64,000 nucleotides of DNA from a virus: IMG/VR virus record IMGVR_UViG_3300044678_002654, positions 24,343-88,342 of that record; one strand, written 5' to 3'. This document shows positions 19,156 to 27,886 of the stretch, piece after piece. The position numbers and the translations under genes were made by a program. Position 1 is the first letter of the stretch; every line of letters starts with the position of its first letter. The notes beneath the pieces were generated by a model. That model saw only the letters and a list, made by a program, of their open reading frames with translations, was not told the origin of the DNA and ran no database searches.

Positions 19156-19763
19156 TGACACACAAGAAGAAGTACCCATACACCGACCCTGAGACAGGCT
19201 TCGTACACGTCACGCCGTGGGTGACGCTCGATTTCTACTGGGACAAACTCGTCAAAGAGGTCCAAAACGAGGAGTGGGAACCGGACCCTGACAACGAGGA
19301 CATGGAGTTCCGCGCCGTCCATCTCGGTTCGATCTTCTCTGTCTCTCCCAGCGGTAAGGTCTACACGCCCTTCGCGTGCAGCAACCTGAATGCTTGCCCT
19401 GTTTGCGACGGAACCGGCAAGGTCAAGAGCCGTTACAGCCGTCGCGTCACGCGCCGCGCTCAGAACCGAGCAAAACGGCAACGGCGCATCTGGGTGACTC
19501 GGTACAAGCCGGGCTGGCTTCAATGGCCCGCGCACATCATCGCCAAGGCGGAAGCGCTCAACAGATACATGGAGCGGTTCTCTACGAGCTGCCCCCGGTG
19601 CGCGGGAAGCGGATCTCATGAGGCACAAGACGACGAGGACTTCTTCGAAGCGCTTGAGAACAAACTCAGCGAGTATGACCTCAGCGTCATGCACATCGAT
19701 GACGAGGTCTTCGCTGCCGAATACCGATCGGTAGACGCCACCGAAGAAGAAGACGTAGCCTAG
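19155..19763 (+). CDS. protein with DnaJ-type CxxCxGxG zinc motifs
   Basis: CPVCDGTG and CPRCAGSG. Confidence 0.7.
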   Translation: MTHKKKYPYTDPETGFVHVTPWVTLDFYWDKLVKEVQNEEWEPDPDNEDMEFRAVHLGSIFSVSPSGKVYTPFACSNLNACPVCDGTGKVKSRYSRRVTRRAQNRAKRQRRIWVTRYKPGWLQWPAHIIAKAEALNRYMERFSTSCPRCAGSGSHEAQDDEDFFEALENKLSEYDLSVMHIDDEVFAAEYRSVDATEEEDVA

Positions 19764-19770
19764 TGCTTCG

Positions 19771-20214
19771 ATGTCCCTGAACGACCGCACCCTCGCCGAG
19801 CTCGCACAGGCGCGCTTTGACCTTTCACCGCGTGAATCCAAGGCGCTCAGTGAAGGGCATCGACGCGCCGTCGAGCTCGCTGGTGAGCACCTCCCAGATC
19901 TCGTCGCCGGGTTTCGACAGTACGCACAAGAGCTGCTCCGCGACGAGCTCCAGCGGATCTCAGTGCAGCACTTCGGTGTTGACTGGGAACCGCTCCTCGA
20001 ATACGGCGCCTGGGACGCCATCGTCTCGGGCGCGCAGCGCCTCACCGAGTTCCAGGTGCGTAGGCTCACACGTCTCTCGCAGCAGGCCGGGGGGTGGTAC
20101 CATTACCCTACGCAGGCGGCGGGGCCGGTGTTCGTAAGCCTGGAAATCTGGGCAGACCTCTACGACAAGCACGTCGCGTACCAATCGCAAATTCGGCGCG
20201 ATACGACGCGCTGA
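19771..20214 (+). CDS. hypothetical protein
   Basis: 147 aa ORF in plus-strand array. Confidence 0.55.
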   Translation: MSLNDRTLAELAQARFDLSPRESKALSEGHRRAVELAGEHLPDLVAGFRQYAQELLRDELQRISVQHFGVDWEPLLEYGAWDAIVSGAQRLTEFQVRRLTRLSQQAGGWYHYPTQAAGPVFVSLEIWADLYDKHVAYQSQIRRDTTR

Positions 20215-20233
20215 CAAAATCGACACCCCCTGG

Positions 20234-20263
20234 TTGACCTACGTAGCTAGCTCAGTCTAGCGT
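20234..20263 (+). promoter_or_regulatory. sigma70-like promoter TTGACC-N18-TAGCGT, probably leaderless
   Basis: -10 box ends 8 nt before ATG 20272; no Shine-Dalgarno. Confidence 0.5.
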
Positions 20264-20271
20264 CGTTGACC

Positions 20272-20733
20272 ATGCTGCCAAACGGGGTGTCTGAAGTGAC
20301 AGTCGCGTCGAGAGACGCTGGGTGGTTCGCGACGAACCGAACGTATCCTGTAGTCGTGTCGATCGACGCGCAACAGGACACCGCCACGATCGGAGACGTC
20401 GTGTTTCGGCTCTACAAGGCCGAGAACAACGGCTACCACGTCAGTCGGCGCGAGGGTGGTAGGACGAGCGTCCTCGGCACGGTGGACGTGCTGGGTCTGC
20501 GCCGTTCCACATCCAACGCTTCACGGCGTGATCTCCAAGCGATTCGAGCGGCGATCTACAACGTCGACTACCCTGCTCCGATCGCGTACGCGATCAAGAA
20601 CGGGACACGGAAGACCTTCGCGCACCCCCAGTGCATCCCCCAATACCGCAAGACAGCCAACGACAGAGTGACGGCGCTCACGCAGCTCAAGTGCGCCAAG
20701 CGCTGTGTCGTCTGCAAGGACGGGATCGAATGA
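20272..20733 (+). CDS. hypothetical protein with C-terminal CxxC
   Basis: HPQC...CVVCKD. Confidence 0.55.
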   Translation: MLPNGVSEVTVASRDAGWFATNRTYPVVVSIDAQQDTATIGDVVFRLYKAENNGYHVSRREGGRTSVLGTVDVLGLRRSTSNASRRDLQAIRAAIYNVDYPAPIAYAIKNGTRKTFAHPQCIPQYRKTANDRVTALTQLKCAKRCVVCKDGIE

Positions 20734-20945
20734 GTCAAGCAATCGAAGGCGGCACCTACCGCCATTTCAAGGGCGGCACCTACAGGGTGAGGTGCCTCGC
20801 CACAGACGCAGATGACGGCCGAGCCGTCGTGGTCTACGAGAACCTCTCAAGCCGCGAGGTCTACGTGAGAGGCCGCGAACATTTCGAAGACCGTGTGTGG
20901 GACAGCGGTGTGCCTACTGACCGTTTCACGCAGATCGAGGTCTGA
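20730..20945 (+). CDS. DUF1653-family protein
   Basis: GTYRHFKGGTYRV...VVVYENL...YVR...F...RF. Confidence 0.8.
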   Translation: MSQAIEGGTYRHFKGGTYRVRCLATDADDGRAVVVYENLSSREVYVRGREHFEDRVWDSGVPTDRFTQIEV

Positions 20946-20947
20946 CC

Positions 20948-21538
20948 ATGGCGTGCCGTTCCTGTGGGGGACAGACCCTCAACCTGAGCGATGAAGAGGT
21001 CGGCGGCGCAATCGGACGCGGGGTCTGTGAGTGCTGGACGACAGGGCGGTGCACGGTCTGCGTCCAAGGCCCCGTCGTTCAAGAGGTGTACGACGCAGGC
21101 CACGACGACCGCGACGACCCCGACATGCGATGTCGCGCGCACCGGCACGTCGACATCGCCGAAGACATCGTGTTCCAGCCGCGCACGATCGCGCCCGAGG
21201 CGCCGATGCTGGAGCATCTGGTCTTCGAGCTCCGACGCGACCCGCGCACGTACCTGTGCAACGGCTGCGGCAAGAACTACAAGAGCAAAGACACCAAGGT
21301 CATCAGAGGGCAAAGAGGCTGGCAATTGTGCTGCCCTCGGTGTGAGAGCACTGAGTGCACCGTGAAGCCTGCCGAAATGCAGAAGCACAAGGACCTCGGC
21401 TCCGAGATCGTTCACAGGGATCCCCCGTACTGGCCGGTGCAGCGTGGCATCATCGCGGTGCCTGCATCGGTCACCTCGCTCCGTAAGCGGCTCGTCCGAC
21501 GATCGAGCCGCGCGGTGCGCGAAGACTTCACTGAGTGA
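20948..21538 (+). CDS. Cys-rich zinc-binding hypothetical protein
   Basis: several CxxC pairs; ends DFTE-stop in palindrome. Confidence 0.6.
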   Translation: MACRSCGGQTLNLSDEEVGGAIGRGVCECWTTGRCTVCVQGPVVQEVYDAGHDDRDDPDMRCRAHRHVDIAEDIVFQPRTIAPEAPMLEHLVFELRRDPRTYLCNGCGKNYKSKDTKVIRGQRGWQLCCPRCESTECTVKPAEMQKHKDLGSEIVHRDPPYWPVQRGIIAVPASVTSLRKRLVRRSSRAVREDFTE

Positions 21539-21544
21539 AGAGCA

Positions 21545-21898
21545 ATGCAGAAGACAGGCGAAAAGGTTAGCGGCGGTCGGTGGTGTGGGTTTCGCCTGGG
21601 CGACGAGTGGAAGCTACGTCTCGCGGCTGGCGCGTACGGCATCTACTACGGAGACGACGATGACGCGGTGTACTACGCACGCATTACGGGAGTCGTCGAC
21701 GACGACTCTACGTACCTCGTGTGCCGCGTCTACTCGATTGACGCGCCCGACGGAGAAGAGATGGAAGTTCATCGCGGGCGCTTTGCGTACCCGTTGAACC
21801 AGAACCAGTTCGCGGTCGCCATGTACAGGGGATGGCCAGACCACCCGCGACGAGTACAGGCGATCCTCGGCAACACAGGCAAGGTGGGCAATGCCTGA
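21545..21898 (+). CDS. hypothetical protein
   Basis: 117 aa. Confidence 0.55.
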   Translation: MQKTGEKVSGGRWCGFRLGDEWKLRLAAGAYGIYYGDDDDAVYYARITGVVDDDSTYLVCRVYSIDAPDGEEMEVHRGRFAYPLNQNQFAVAMYRGWPDHPRRVQAILGNTGKVGNA

Positions 21899-22112
21899 AT
21901 GTCGGCACGTGAAGTTCAAGTTCTGGTGCTACCTCCCTGAGCGCAAGGAGTTCCCCAAGCGGGCCATCCGCGTTTACAAGTGCCCCTGCGGCGCGCTGCT
22001 CGACGACGCAACGGCCGATCGGAGGCTTCAGCCTCACGTCTCAGAGCCAGGAGAAGAGAGCTACCTGCCGCCGCACAGGCGAACCGAAAATCAAGGGCTC
22101 ACCTTGGTATAA
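21891..22112 (+). CDS. small Cys-containing hypothetical protein
   Basis: ECRH...KCPCG. Confidence 0.5.
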   Translation: MPECRHVKFKFWCYLPERKEFPKRAIRVYKCPCGALLDDATADRRLQPHVSEPGEESYLPPHRRTENQGLTLV

Positions 22113-22113
22113 G
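22085..22113 (+). promoter_or_regulatory. putative promoter CGAAAA-N17-TATAAG
   Basis: matches 11980-12008 and 62047-62075. Confidence 0.6.
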
Positions 22114-22179
22114 AACGTGTCCAGAGATCTGTGCGCGAATCTCCGCGCACCAATCTCCTCCCCGAAAGGCACGTTCAAC

Positions 22180-22380
22180 ATGAGCAACCGCATCGGCCTC
22201 CCCGTCGACTCCGTCTCCTACGACCGCCACGTTGTGACCCGCTCGCGGGTCATCACCTCCGACCCGCGAACGGGTCGGTTGGTCGAGCGCATCGAGCTGA
22301 AGGTCGGCTCGGCCCGCAGCTTCGCCGCCGATCTCAGAGGGGACCACACGGGCGCCGTCGCCCACCGCATTCACTGCTGA
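22180..22380 (+). CDS. small hypothetical protein in its own promoter-terminator unit
   Basis: GAAAGG upstream, ATG 22180. Confidence 0.7.
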   Translation: MSNRIGLPVDSVSYDRHVVTRSRVITSDPRTGRLVERIELKVGSARSFAADLRGDHTGAVAHRIHC

Positions 22381-22385
22381 CCCCC

Positions 22386-22427
22386 CGACGCCCCGGCTGC
22401 AAAGTCGGGGCGTCGCGCGTCTTTTTT
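22386..22427 (+). terminator. intrinsic terminator
   Basis: CGACGCCCCGGCT-GCAA-AGTCGGGGCGTCG hairpin then TTTTTT. Confidence 0.8.
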
Positions 22428-22441
22428 CTGCCAGGAGAACA

Positions 22442-22756
22442 ATGCCTGAAATCAAGTGGCGAAAGGTCTCGTCATCAACGCGCTGGAACCCCCGGGATAA
22501 GGGGGACGAGCTCATCGGAATCTACAAGGGGTCTCGTGTCGGCGACGGGGCCTACGGAGTCTACACCGCACACTTCGTGCTCACCGAGCACGGCATGAAG
22601 ACGCTCACGGGCTGCGTCATCGACCAGCTCTTCGCCTCCATCCCTGAGCACACCGACAAGTCAGTGAAGGTCGTGTTCATGGGGCGCAAGGAGTTCAACG
22701 GCGCCGATGGTGACACGCGCGAGATGAAGCTCTTCGAACTCTTCGTGGAGGAATGA
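22442..22756 (+). CDS. putative OB-fold ssDNA-binding protein
   Basis: WNP..KGDELIGIY...GAYG...VKVVFMGRK...KLFELFV pattern; AGGAG RBS. Confidence 0.4.
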   Translation: MPEIKWRKVSSSTRWNPRDKGDELIGIYKGSRVGDGAYGVYTAHFVLTEHGMKTLTGCVIDQLFASIPEHTDKSVKVVFMGRKEFNGADGDTREMKLFELFVEE

Positions 22757-23031
22757 TGAAGAACTTTGACGCGATCTACAGGATGTGGGACGCGCTCTAC
22801 ACCCCTAATCTGCCGTGCCAAGTGCGCTGCACAAAGGTGCTCAACGCGGACAAGACGGCCACGTACGTCGTGATCGTGGACAGCCCCGGAGAGGACAATC
22901 CTTCACGCCGTTTCATCGCGACGGAGTCGTCCCTGGACATCGCCCTGTCTGAGGTCATCGGCCAGATGACGACGGAAGCAGCGCGCGTTCGCGACCTTCT
23001 CATCGACCTCGTCCGGGAGTTTGGAGGATGA
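22753..23031 (+). CDS. hypothetical protein
   Basis: GGAGG RBS, ATGA coupling. Confidence 0.6.
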   Translation: MMKNFDAIYRMWDALYTPNLPCQVRCTKVLNADKTATYVVIVDSPGEDNPSRRFIATESSLDIALSEVIGQMTTEAARVRDLLIDLVREFGG

Positions 23032-23705
23032 AGATGCGAGACATTCAGCTACTGACCTACACCGAGATGAACGACGCGGAGCGCGCAGCCTTCGGCGCGC
23101 AATGGCGCCAGGGTCACGCAGCCTTTCTCTTGCAGGAGACCGACAAAGTCGTACCCGCCAAGTTCATCGACTACGACTACGACCAGTACCTCGGCCAGGA
23201 GGGGTACTCGTGGGAGGACGAACGACGCATGATGAGCCGAGACAGGCTCTACGTGACGGCGAAGGATGCCCTGGAGCATCGGGACGACCTGCGGGCGGTG
23301 GACATCGTCGTGGACTTCGACGCTGGGCTGTCGGTGCTCGTTCAAGAGGCAGGTGTGCACTACTACATCGCGCCCATCGAGAAGCCGGAGGAGCGGACGT
23401 TCAACGTCTTCGACATGAAGGCGTACGTTCATCACGTTCGGGGCTGGCTGGCGGGAGACAGGCGGGCCAAGACGAAGCCGGCGTGGGAGCACACGTGCGA
23501 CGGCTGCGTCTTCAAGGGGACGTTCCTCTCGGGCAAGGGCGCCACTGACCTCTACGACTGCGGGGACTCGATCGTTGCGCGGTTCGGCAACGCCGATGAC
23601 GAGTACAGCTCAACGCTCAAGGAGATCGCGCTGCGTGAAGGTGCCGAGGGATCTCACAAGAGCCTGATGCGCAACGCGATGTGGTTGATTCAAGGGAGAC
23701 TCTGA
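23028..23705 (+). CDS. hypothetical protein
   Basis: 225 aa; HTCDGCVF...DLYDC motif. Confidence 0.65.
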   Translation: MKMRDIQLLTYTEMNDAERAAFGAQWRQGHAAFLLQETDKVVPAKFIDYDYDQYLGQEGYSWEDERRMMSRDRLYVTAKDALEHRDDLRAVDIVVDFDAGLSVLVQEAGVHYYIAPIEKPEERTFNVFDMKAYVHHVRGWLAGDRRAKTKPAWEHTCDGCVFKGTFLSGKGATDLYDCGDSIVARFGNADDEYSSTLKEIALREGAEGSHKSLMRNAMWLIQGRL

Positions 23706-24043
23706 TGCCTGCCATCTTGCTGCGTCAGCCCGCAGCAGACCCCTATGACACGCAGGTACGCCTCTACGATGACATACGAACTACACGCCTCGCCGTGGTC
23801 GAAGAAATCATGGCGCTTCCGCTACCGAGCGATGAACGGTTGCGCGCGTTCTTCGACGCGGTAGCAAAGAACTTCGGCGATGCAATCGAAGCGTGGAACG
23901 TTTTGCAGCCAGAGCTGTTCGGGGAAAGTGGTGTCTACTTCTACATCACGCCGGAGCAGACTCGTCCTGCTCCAAAGATGCGTCAAGCGCAACTTCGAGA
24001 GCGTGCGCGTGAAGCTCTTCGGAAGTTGAACGCGAAGGGCTGA
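23705..24043 (+). CDS. hypothetical protein
   Basis: TGATG coupling. Confidence 0.5.
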   Translation: MPAILLRQPAADPYDTQVRLYDDIRTTRLAVVEEIMALPLPSDERLRAFFDAVAKNFGDAIEAWNVLQPELFGESGVYFYITPEQTRPAPKMRQAQLRERAREALRKLNAKG

Positions 24044-24752
24044 ACCGCCCGAGGTCCATCTCCGGTTTCACTGCGTGAACGACGGCCACGAACAGGTCGC
24101 TGCCCCACGACACGCCTTCGACACCGAGCAGCTTCTCGGCGGCGGCTTCGCTCTTCGGCCCGAAGTCCCCGTCGGTCTTCACTCCGAGGAGGTGCTGCGT
24201 GTAGATCTTCGCGCACTTCTCCGAGATCTGGCGGTGTGAGGCAATGGACCGGTCAGGCCGCGCCTTGGTGTTCTCGCCCTTGTAGCCGGCCTCGATGAGG
24301 TCGTCGAACCAGGGCTCATCCGCCCAGAACTGCTCGCCGCAGAGCTTGTAGCGATGGCCGTCAGGCGCGTTGCGGGGCACAAAGCGCGCGAGCCACTGCG
24401 TGAAGAAGTCGCGCGCAGAGCCGAACACGCGGTAGTAGCACCACGGGGGATCGCCGCTGGTCTTGTTCCCCTTGGCGCGAAACCAGGGGACACCCGGGCC
24501 AGCAGCCCTCTTGGTGATCTTCCAGCCGCCGAGGTTGTTGCCCTTGCGGTGCTTGCCCCATCCCGTCTCCACGACCGTGTTGGCCACGATCTCGAAGCGC
24601 TTGACGAGGTCGAGCCCTTCGAGGTCAGGCATCGCCTCGATGCACATGACGACGAAGTCTCCCGGTTCGATGGGGGGCGGGTTGGTACGCAGTTCAACGC
24701 CGAGATCGAGCCAGAACGGGGGGTTCTCGGGCGGCAGGTTCCACTTCTCCAT
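23946..24752 (-). CDS. endolysin, GH73 glucosaminidase-like with C-terminal PG-binding motif
   Basis: VVETGWG...NNLGGWK...YRVFGS...AGY; LGVKTDGDFGPKSEAA. Confidence 0.72.
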   Translation of the reverse strand: MEKWNLPPENPPFWLDLGVELRTNPPPIEPGDFVVMCIEAMPDLEGLDLVKRFEIVANTVVETGWGKHRKGNNLGGWKITKRAAGPGVPWFRAKGNKTSGDPPWCYYRVFGSARDFFTQWLARFVPRNAPDGHRYKLCGEQFWADEPWFDDLIEAGYKGENTKARPDRSIASHRQISEKCAKIYTQHLLGVKTDGDFGPKSEAAAEKLLGVEGVSWGSDLFVAVVHAVKPEMDLGRFSPSRSTSEELHAHALEVALDASLEQDESAPA

Positions 24753-24861
24753 GGTGAGATGCTAATGCACGACACGGAGACCTGACAACCATTGCCGCCC
24801 GCGCGACGCCTGCTGCTCAGTGGGTGTCGCGCGGGCGGCGGTGAACTATCTTTTGGTTGCG

Positions 24862-25503
24862 ATGTCCGACCTTGCTCGTATCTTCGGTGTGAAGCTGGCC
24901 TTCACCCCACTCCCCACCGCGCTCTTTGGTGCGGGCCTCGGTGCCGGCATCGGCTATGTCTACGGCGAGCACTCTGACGACCCGGCCAACTCCCCAGAGC
25001 AACACATTGGGCGGGGACTCCGTTATGGCCTCGGAGGGGCTGCTCTAGGTGGCCTTGGGGGGCTCGGAGTCTCGAAAGCCGTGGAGCATCTTGCCCCTGC
25101 CCTTTTTGCCTCTGCCAAGGCAGGACCTTTCCCGAACGTTGACATGACCAGGGAGAGCAAATTCCTCAACAAGGAAGAGGTGCTCCACACCAACGCCGAC
25201 CCGGAGTTTGAGCGGTGGTTCAAGGACCCATGGGCTCCCGCCAAGGCGCTCGGGCAGAAGCTCTACCAAGGCGTCTACATGAATCCCGCCGTGCGATTCG
25301 GCTCAGGGCTCGCCGTTGGTTCAGGAGCTGCTCGAACCTTCGCCGACTACTTCGACGATATGAGGTTCAAGCAGTACGCCGCGCAGAAGGCGCAAGCGAT
25401 GAATCCTGACATCCCGAACGCCGGACGGCTGGAAGCGCACCTCGTCGACCGACACATGGGACCCTACCGCAGTTCGCTCGATGGTGCGCAGGGCGCTGAA
25501 TGA
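24862..25503 (+). CDS. glycine-zipper protein, putative virion internal protein
   Basis: GAGLGAGIG and GLGGAALGGLGGLG; N-terminus ARIFGVKLA. Confidence 0.6.
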   Translation: MSDLARIFGVKLAFTPLPTALFGAGLGAGIGYVYGEHSDDPANSPEQHIGRGLRYGLGGAALGGLGGLGVSKAVEHLAPALFASAKAGPFPNVDMTRESKFLNKEEVLHTNADPEFERWFKDPWAPAKALGQKLYQGVYMNPAVRFGSGLAVGSGAARTFADYFDDMRFKQYAAQKAQAMNPDIPNAGRLEAHLVDRHMGPYRSSLDGAQGAE

Positions 25504-27047
25504 TTCACGGGGTGAAACTTGCCGAGCTCCTCACGGAGCTTCAGCCGCAGCAGCAGCGCCTCGTCGACAAGCTGCGCGCCTCGGGCGGCCTGCTCGCGCT
25601 CCACGGCGTCGGAGCTGGCAAGAGCCTCGGATCCATCGCCGCCAAGGAAAACCTCGGCGTCCCCGCTGAGTTCATCGTCCCTGCGCCCCTCCAGGAGAAC
25701 ATCAAGAAGGAGTTCGTCAAGCACACCGGGGAGATGCCCGACGATGCGCGCGTCCGCTCCTACGAGAAGGCTGTGCGGTCTGGTGACCTGAACCTCGACG
25801 GCCTCGTGGTCTTCGACGAAGCACAGAAGGGGCGTAACCCCGGCACCGGAGCGTCTGAGCTTCTGAGCAAGGCGCGAGCGGCCAAGTACCGTCTGCTCCT
25901 CACGGGGACCGGCGTTTACAACCAGCCCCAGGACATCGCGCCCCTCATCAACTCGGCGGCAGGAACAGAACGCCTCCCACAAAACGGCTCAAAGTTCAAG
26001 AGTCTCTTCGTCGGTGAGAAGGAGCTCAAGCCGGGATGGTTTGATCGGCTTCGCGGCCTCGAACCGGTGAAGGTGCCTGTACTGAAGAACAAGCAGAAGC
26101 TCATCGACGCCGCCACTGGCTACGTCGACGTGCATCAGTCTGGCACAGGCCCTGACTTCCCTGGGCGCGAGGACGTCGAGCACCACGTGCCGATGTCACC
26201 GAGGCAGCTTGAGCTCTACAAGTACCTCGAAGGCCAGATGCCATGGTACCTGCGCGCGAAGATCCACGCGGGCCTGCCGATGACCAAGCAGGAAGCGCAA
26301 GAGCTCAACGCGTTCCAAGGCGCACTGCGACAGGTCTCCAACACCCCGCGCCCCTTCATCGAGAAGATGGAGGATGATGAGGAGCTCGCGCTCGCGCCGA
26401 AGATCCAGCGGATGGTCGACAACCTTCAAGCCGCTCGAAAGGCCGACCCCAACTTCCGCGCCTACGTCTACTCGAACTACCTCGGCGGGGGCCTGCACCC
26501 GTACGCGAGGGCGCTCGCCAAGGCGGGCATTCCGCACAACCTGTTCACGGGCGAGACCAACCCCAAGGACCGCGCGCGGATCATTCAGGAGTACAACGAA
26601 GGCCAGTCACCGGTCCTCCTCGCATCTGGAGCCGGCAGCGAGGGCCTGGACCTCAAGGGGACAAAGCTCGTTCAGCTCATGGAGCCCCACTGGAACAACG
26701 CGCGGCTCGAACAGGCCATCGGGCGCGGCATCCGGTACAAGTCTCACGCGCACCTCCCCGACGCAGAGCGCAAGGTGCGGGTGGAGAAGTACTACTCCGT
26801 GTTCCCTGACACGCTCGCCACGAAGCTACGCCTCAAGGACAAGGACCGCGCCGTCGAGCAGTACATGCGCGAGATGAGCGACGTGAAGGGGCAGCTCGCG
26901 CGGCAGATCATGGCCGCGATGCAAGAGGCGAGCGACAAGGGCACGAGCCAGATGGCGGCGATCGCCAAGGCGCGCGCAGCGGCGGAAGAGCAGACGAGCA
27001 AGAACGCCGAGTGGCTCGGGGCGCTCGCCGACTACCCTACGGAATGA
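25500..27047 (+). CDS. SNF2-like superfamily 2 helicase/ATPase
   Basis: HGVGAGKS, VFDEAQ, LLLTGTG, SGAGSEGLDLKG, EPHWN, QAIGRGIR. Confidence 0.85.
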   Translation: MIHGVKLAELLTELQPQQQRLVDKLRASGGLLALHGVGAGKSLGSIAAKENLGVPAEFIVPAPLQENIKKEFVKHTGEMPDDARVRSYEKAVRSGDLNLDGLVVFDEAQKGRNPGTGASELLSKARAAKYRLLLTGTGVYNQPQDIAPLINSAAGTERLPQNGSKFKSLFVGEKELKPGWFDRLRGLEPVKVPVLKNKQKLIDAATGYVDVHQSGTGPDFPGREDVEHHVPMSPRQLELYKYLEGQMPWYLRAKIHAGLPMTKQEAQELNAFQGALRQVSNTPRPFIEKMEDDEELALAPKIQRMVDNLQAARKADPNFRAYVYSNYLGGGLHPYARALAKAGIPHNLFTGETNPKDRARIIQEYNEGQSPVLLASGAGSEGLDLKGTKLVQLMEPHWNNARLEQAIGRGIRYKSHAHLPDAERKVRVEKYYSVFPDTLATKLRLKDKDRAVEQYMREMSDVKGQLARQIMAAMQEASDKGTSQMAAIAKARAAAEEQTSKNAEWLGALADYPTE

Positions 27048-27048
27048 C

Positions 27049-27213
27049 GTGAGACAAGGTCATCGGCCTTCGAGGAGTGAGACCCACCGACGTACGCGCA
27101 AGCCGATCGTCGACAAAGAGTCGACGCCCCGTAGGCCGGCCCCTGCGTCACCACGGCTCCCGCTCCTCTTCCTCGAAGTGACCCCGCTGCCTGACGACTT
27201 CTTCACGGAGTGA
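27049..27213 (+). CDS. possible 54-aa protein ending FFTE
   Basis: GTG 27049 open to TGA inside palindrome; fills the gap between genes. Confidence 0.35.
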   Translation: MRQGHRPSRSETHRRTRKPIVDKESTPRRPAPASPRLPLLFLEVTPLPDDFFTE

Positions 27214-27215
27214 AA

Positions 27216-27860
27216 ATGCAAAACCTCAACGTCGCGTTTCTTCTCACAAAAACCTCGGCTACTACGACCAAGCAGGCCGCCCCTCTCGACCTCAAGCGCC
27301 TCCCCCAAGGTACACAGTACCCGACGCCGTACGAGCTCAAGTGGAAGTCTCCCGGTGGGCACGGACTTCAGCACGCCGTGAAGCCGGAGATCGTCGATCA
27401 CGGGCAGCAGACAGGCGGTGACGCATACTACCAGCAGCTCGTCGAGGCGATGAACAACGCGAGCCAGCAGGCGGACGCACGGGCGCCGAACGACATCGCG
27501 ATCGACCAGAAGCTGCAACGCATCGGGGGCGGGGCCACCGGAGCGATGCTCGGAGGCATGGGCGGGCTGTTGCTCGGCGGCCTCGGCTACGACTCTCCTG
27601 GCATCGGAGCGGCCCTCGGTGGTACGGCGGGCGGATTGCTCGGCTACTACCTCACGAAGGGCACGCCGAAGAGCCACATGGACTACAACGTCGCCGAAGA
27701 CCTCGGCGGCACGATCCCGAACCTCTACGCGCGTACGCCGAAGGATGACGAGCTCGACGACATCCGGCAGATGCGGCAGGAGTTGGAAGAGCTGAACGCC
27801 CGAGACTGGAACCGGGACTTCAACGACCGCGACATGTTCGGGCGTCGGTACGACCCCTGA
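27216..27860 (+). CDS. glycine-zipper protein
   Basis: GGATGAMLGGMGGLLLGG...GAALGGTAGGLLG. Confidence 0.65.
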   Translation: MQNLNVAFLLTKTSATTTKQAAPLDLKRLPQGTQYPTPYELKWKSPGGHGLQHAVKPEIVDHGQQTGGDAYYQQLVEAMNNASQQADARAPNDIAIDQKLQRIGGGATGAMLGGMGGLLLGGLGYDSPGIGAALGGTAGGLLGYYLTKGTPKSHMDYNVAEDLGGTIPNLYARTPKDDELDDIRQMRQELEELNARDWNRDFNDRDMFGRRYDP

Positions 27861-27886
27861 CACGCCTTTCTGCCTAGACTCTGTTC

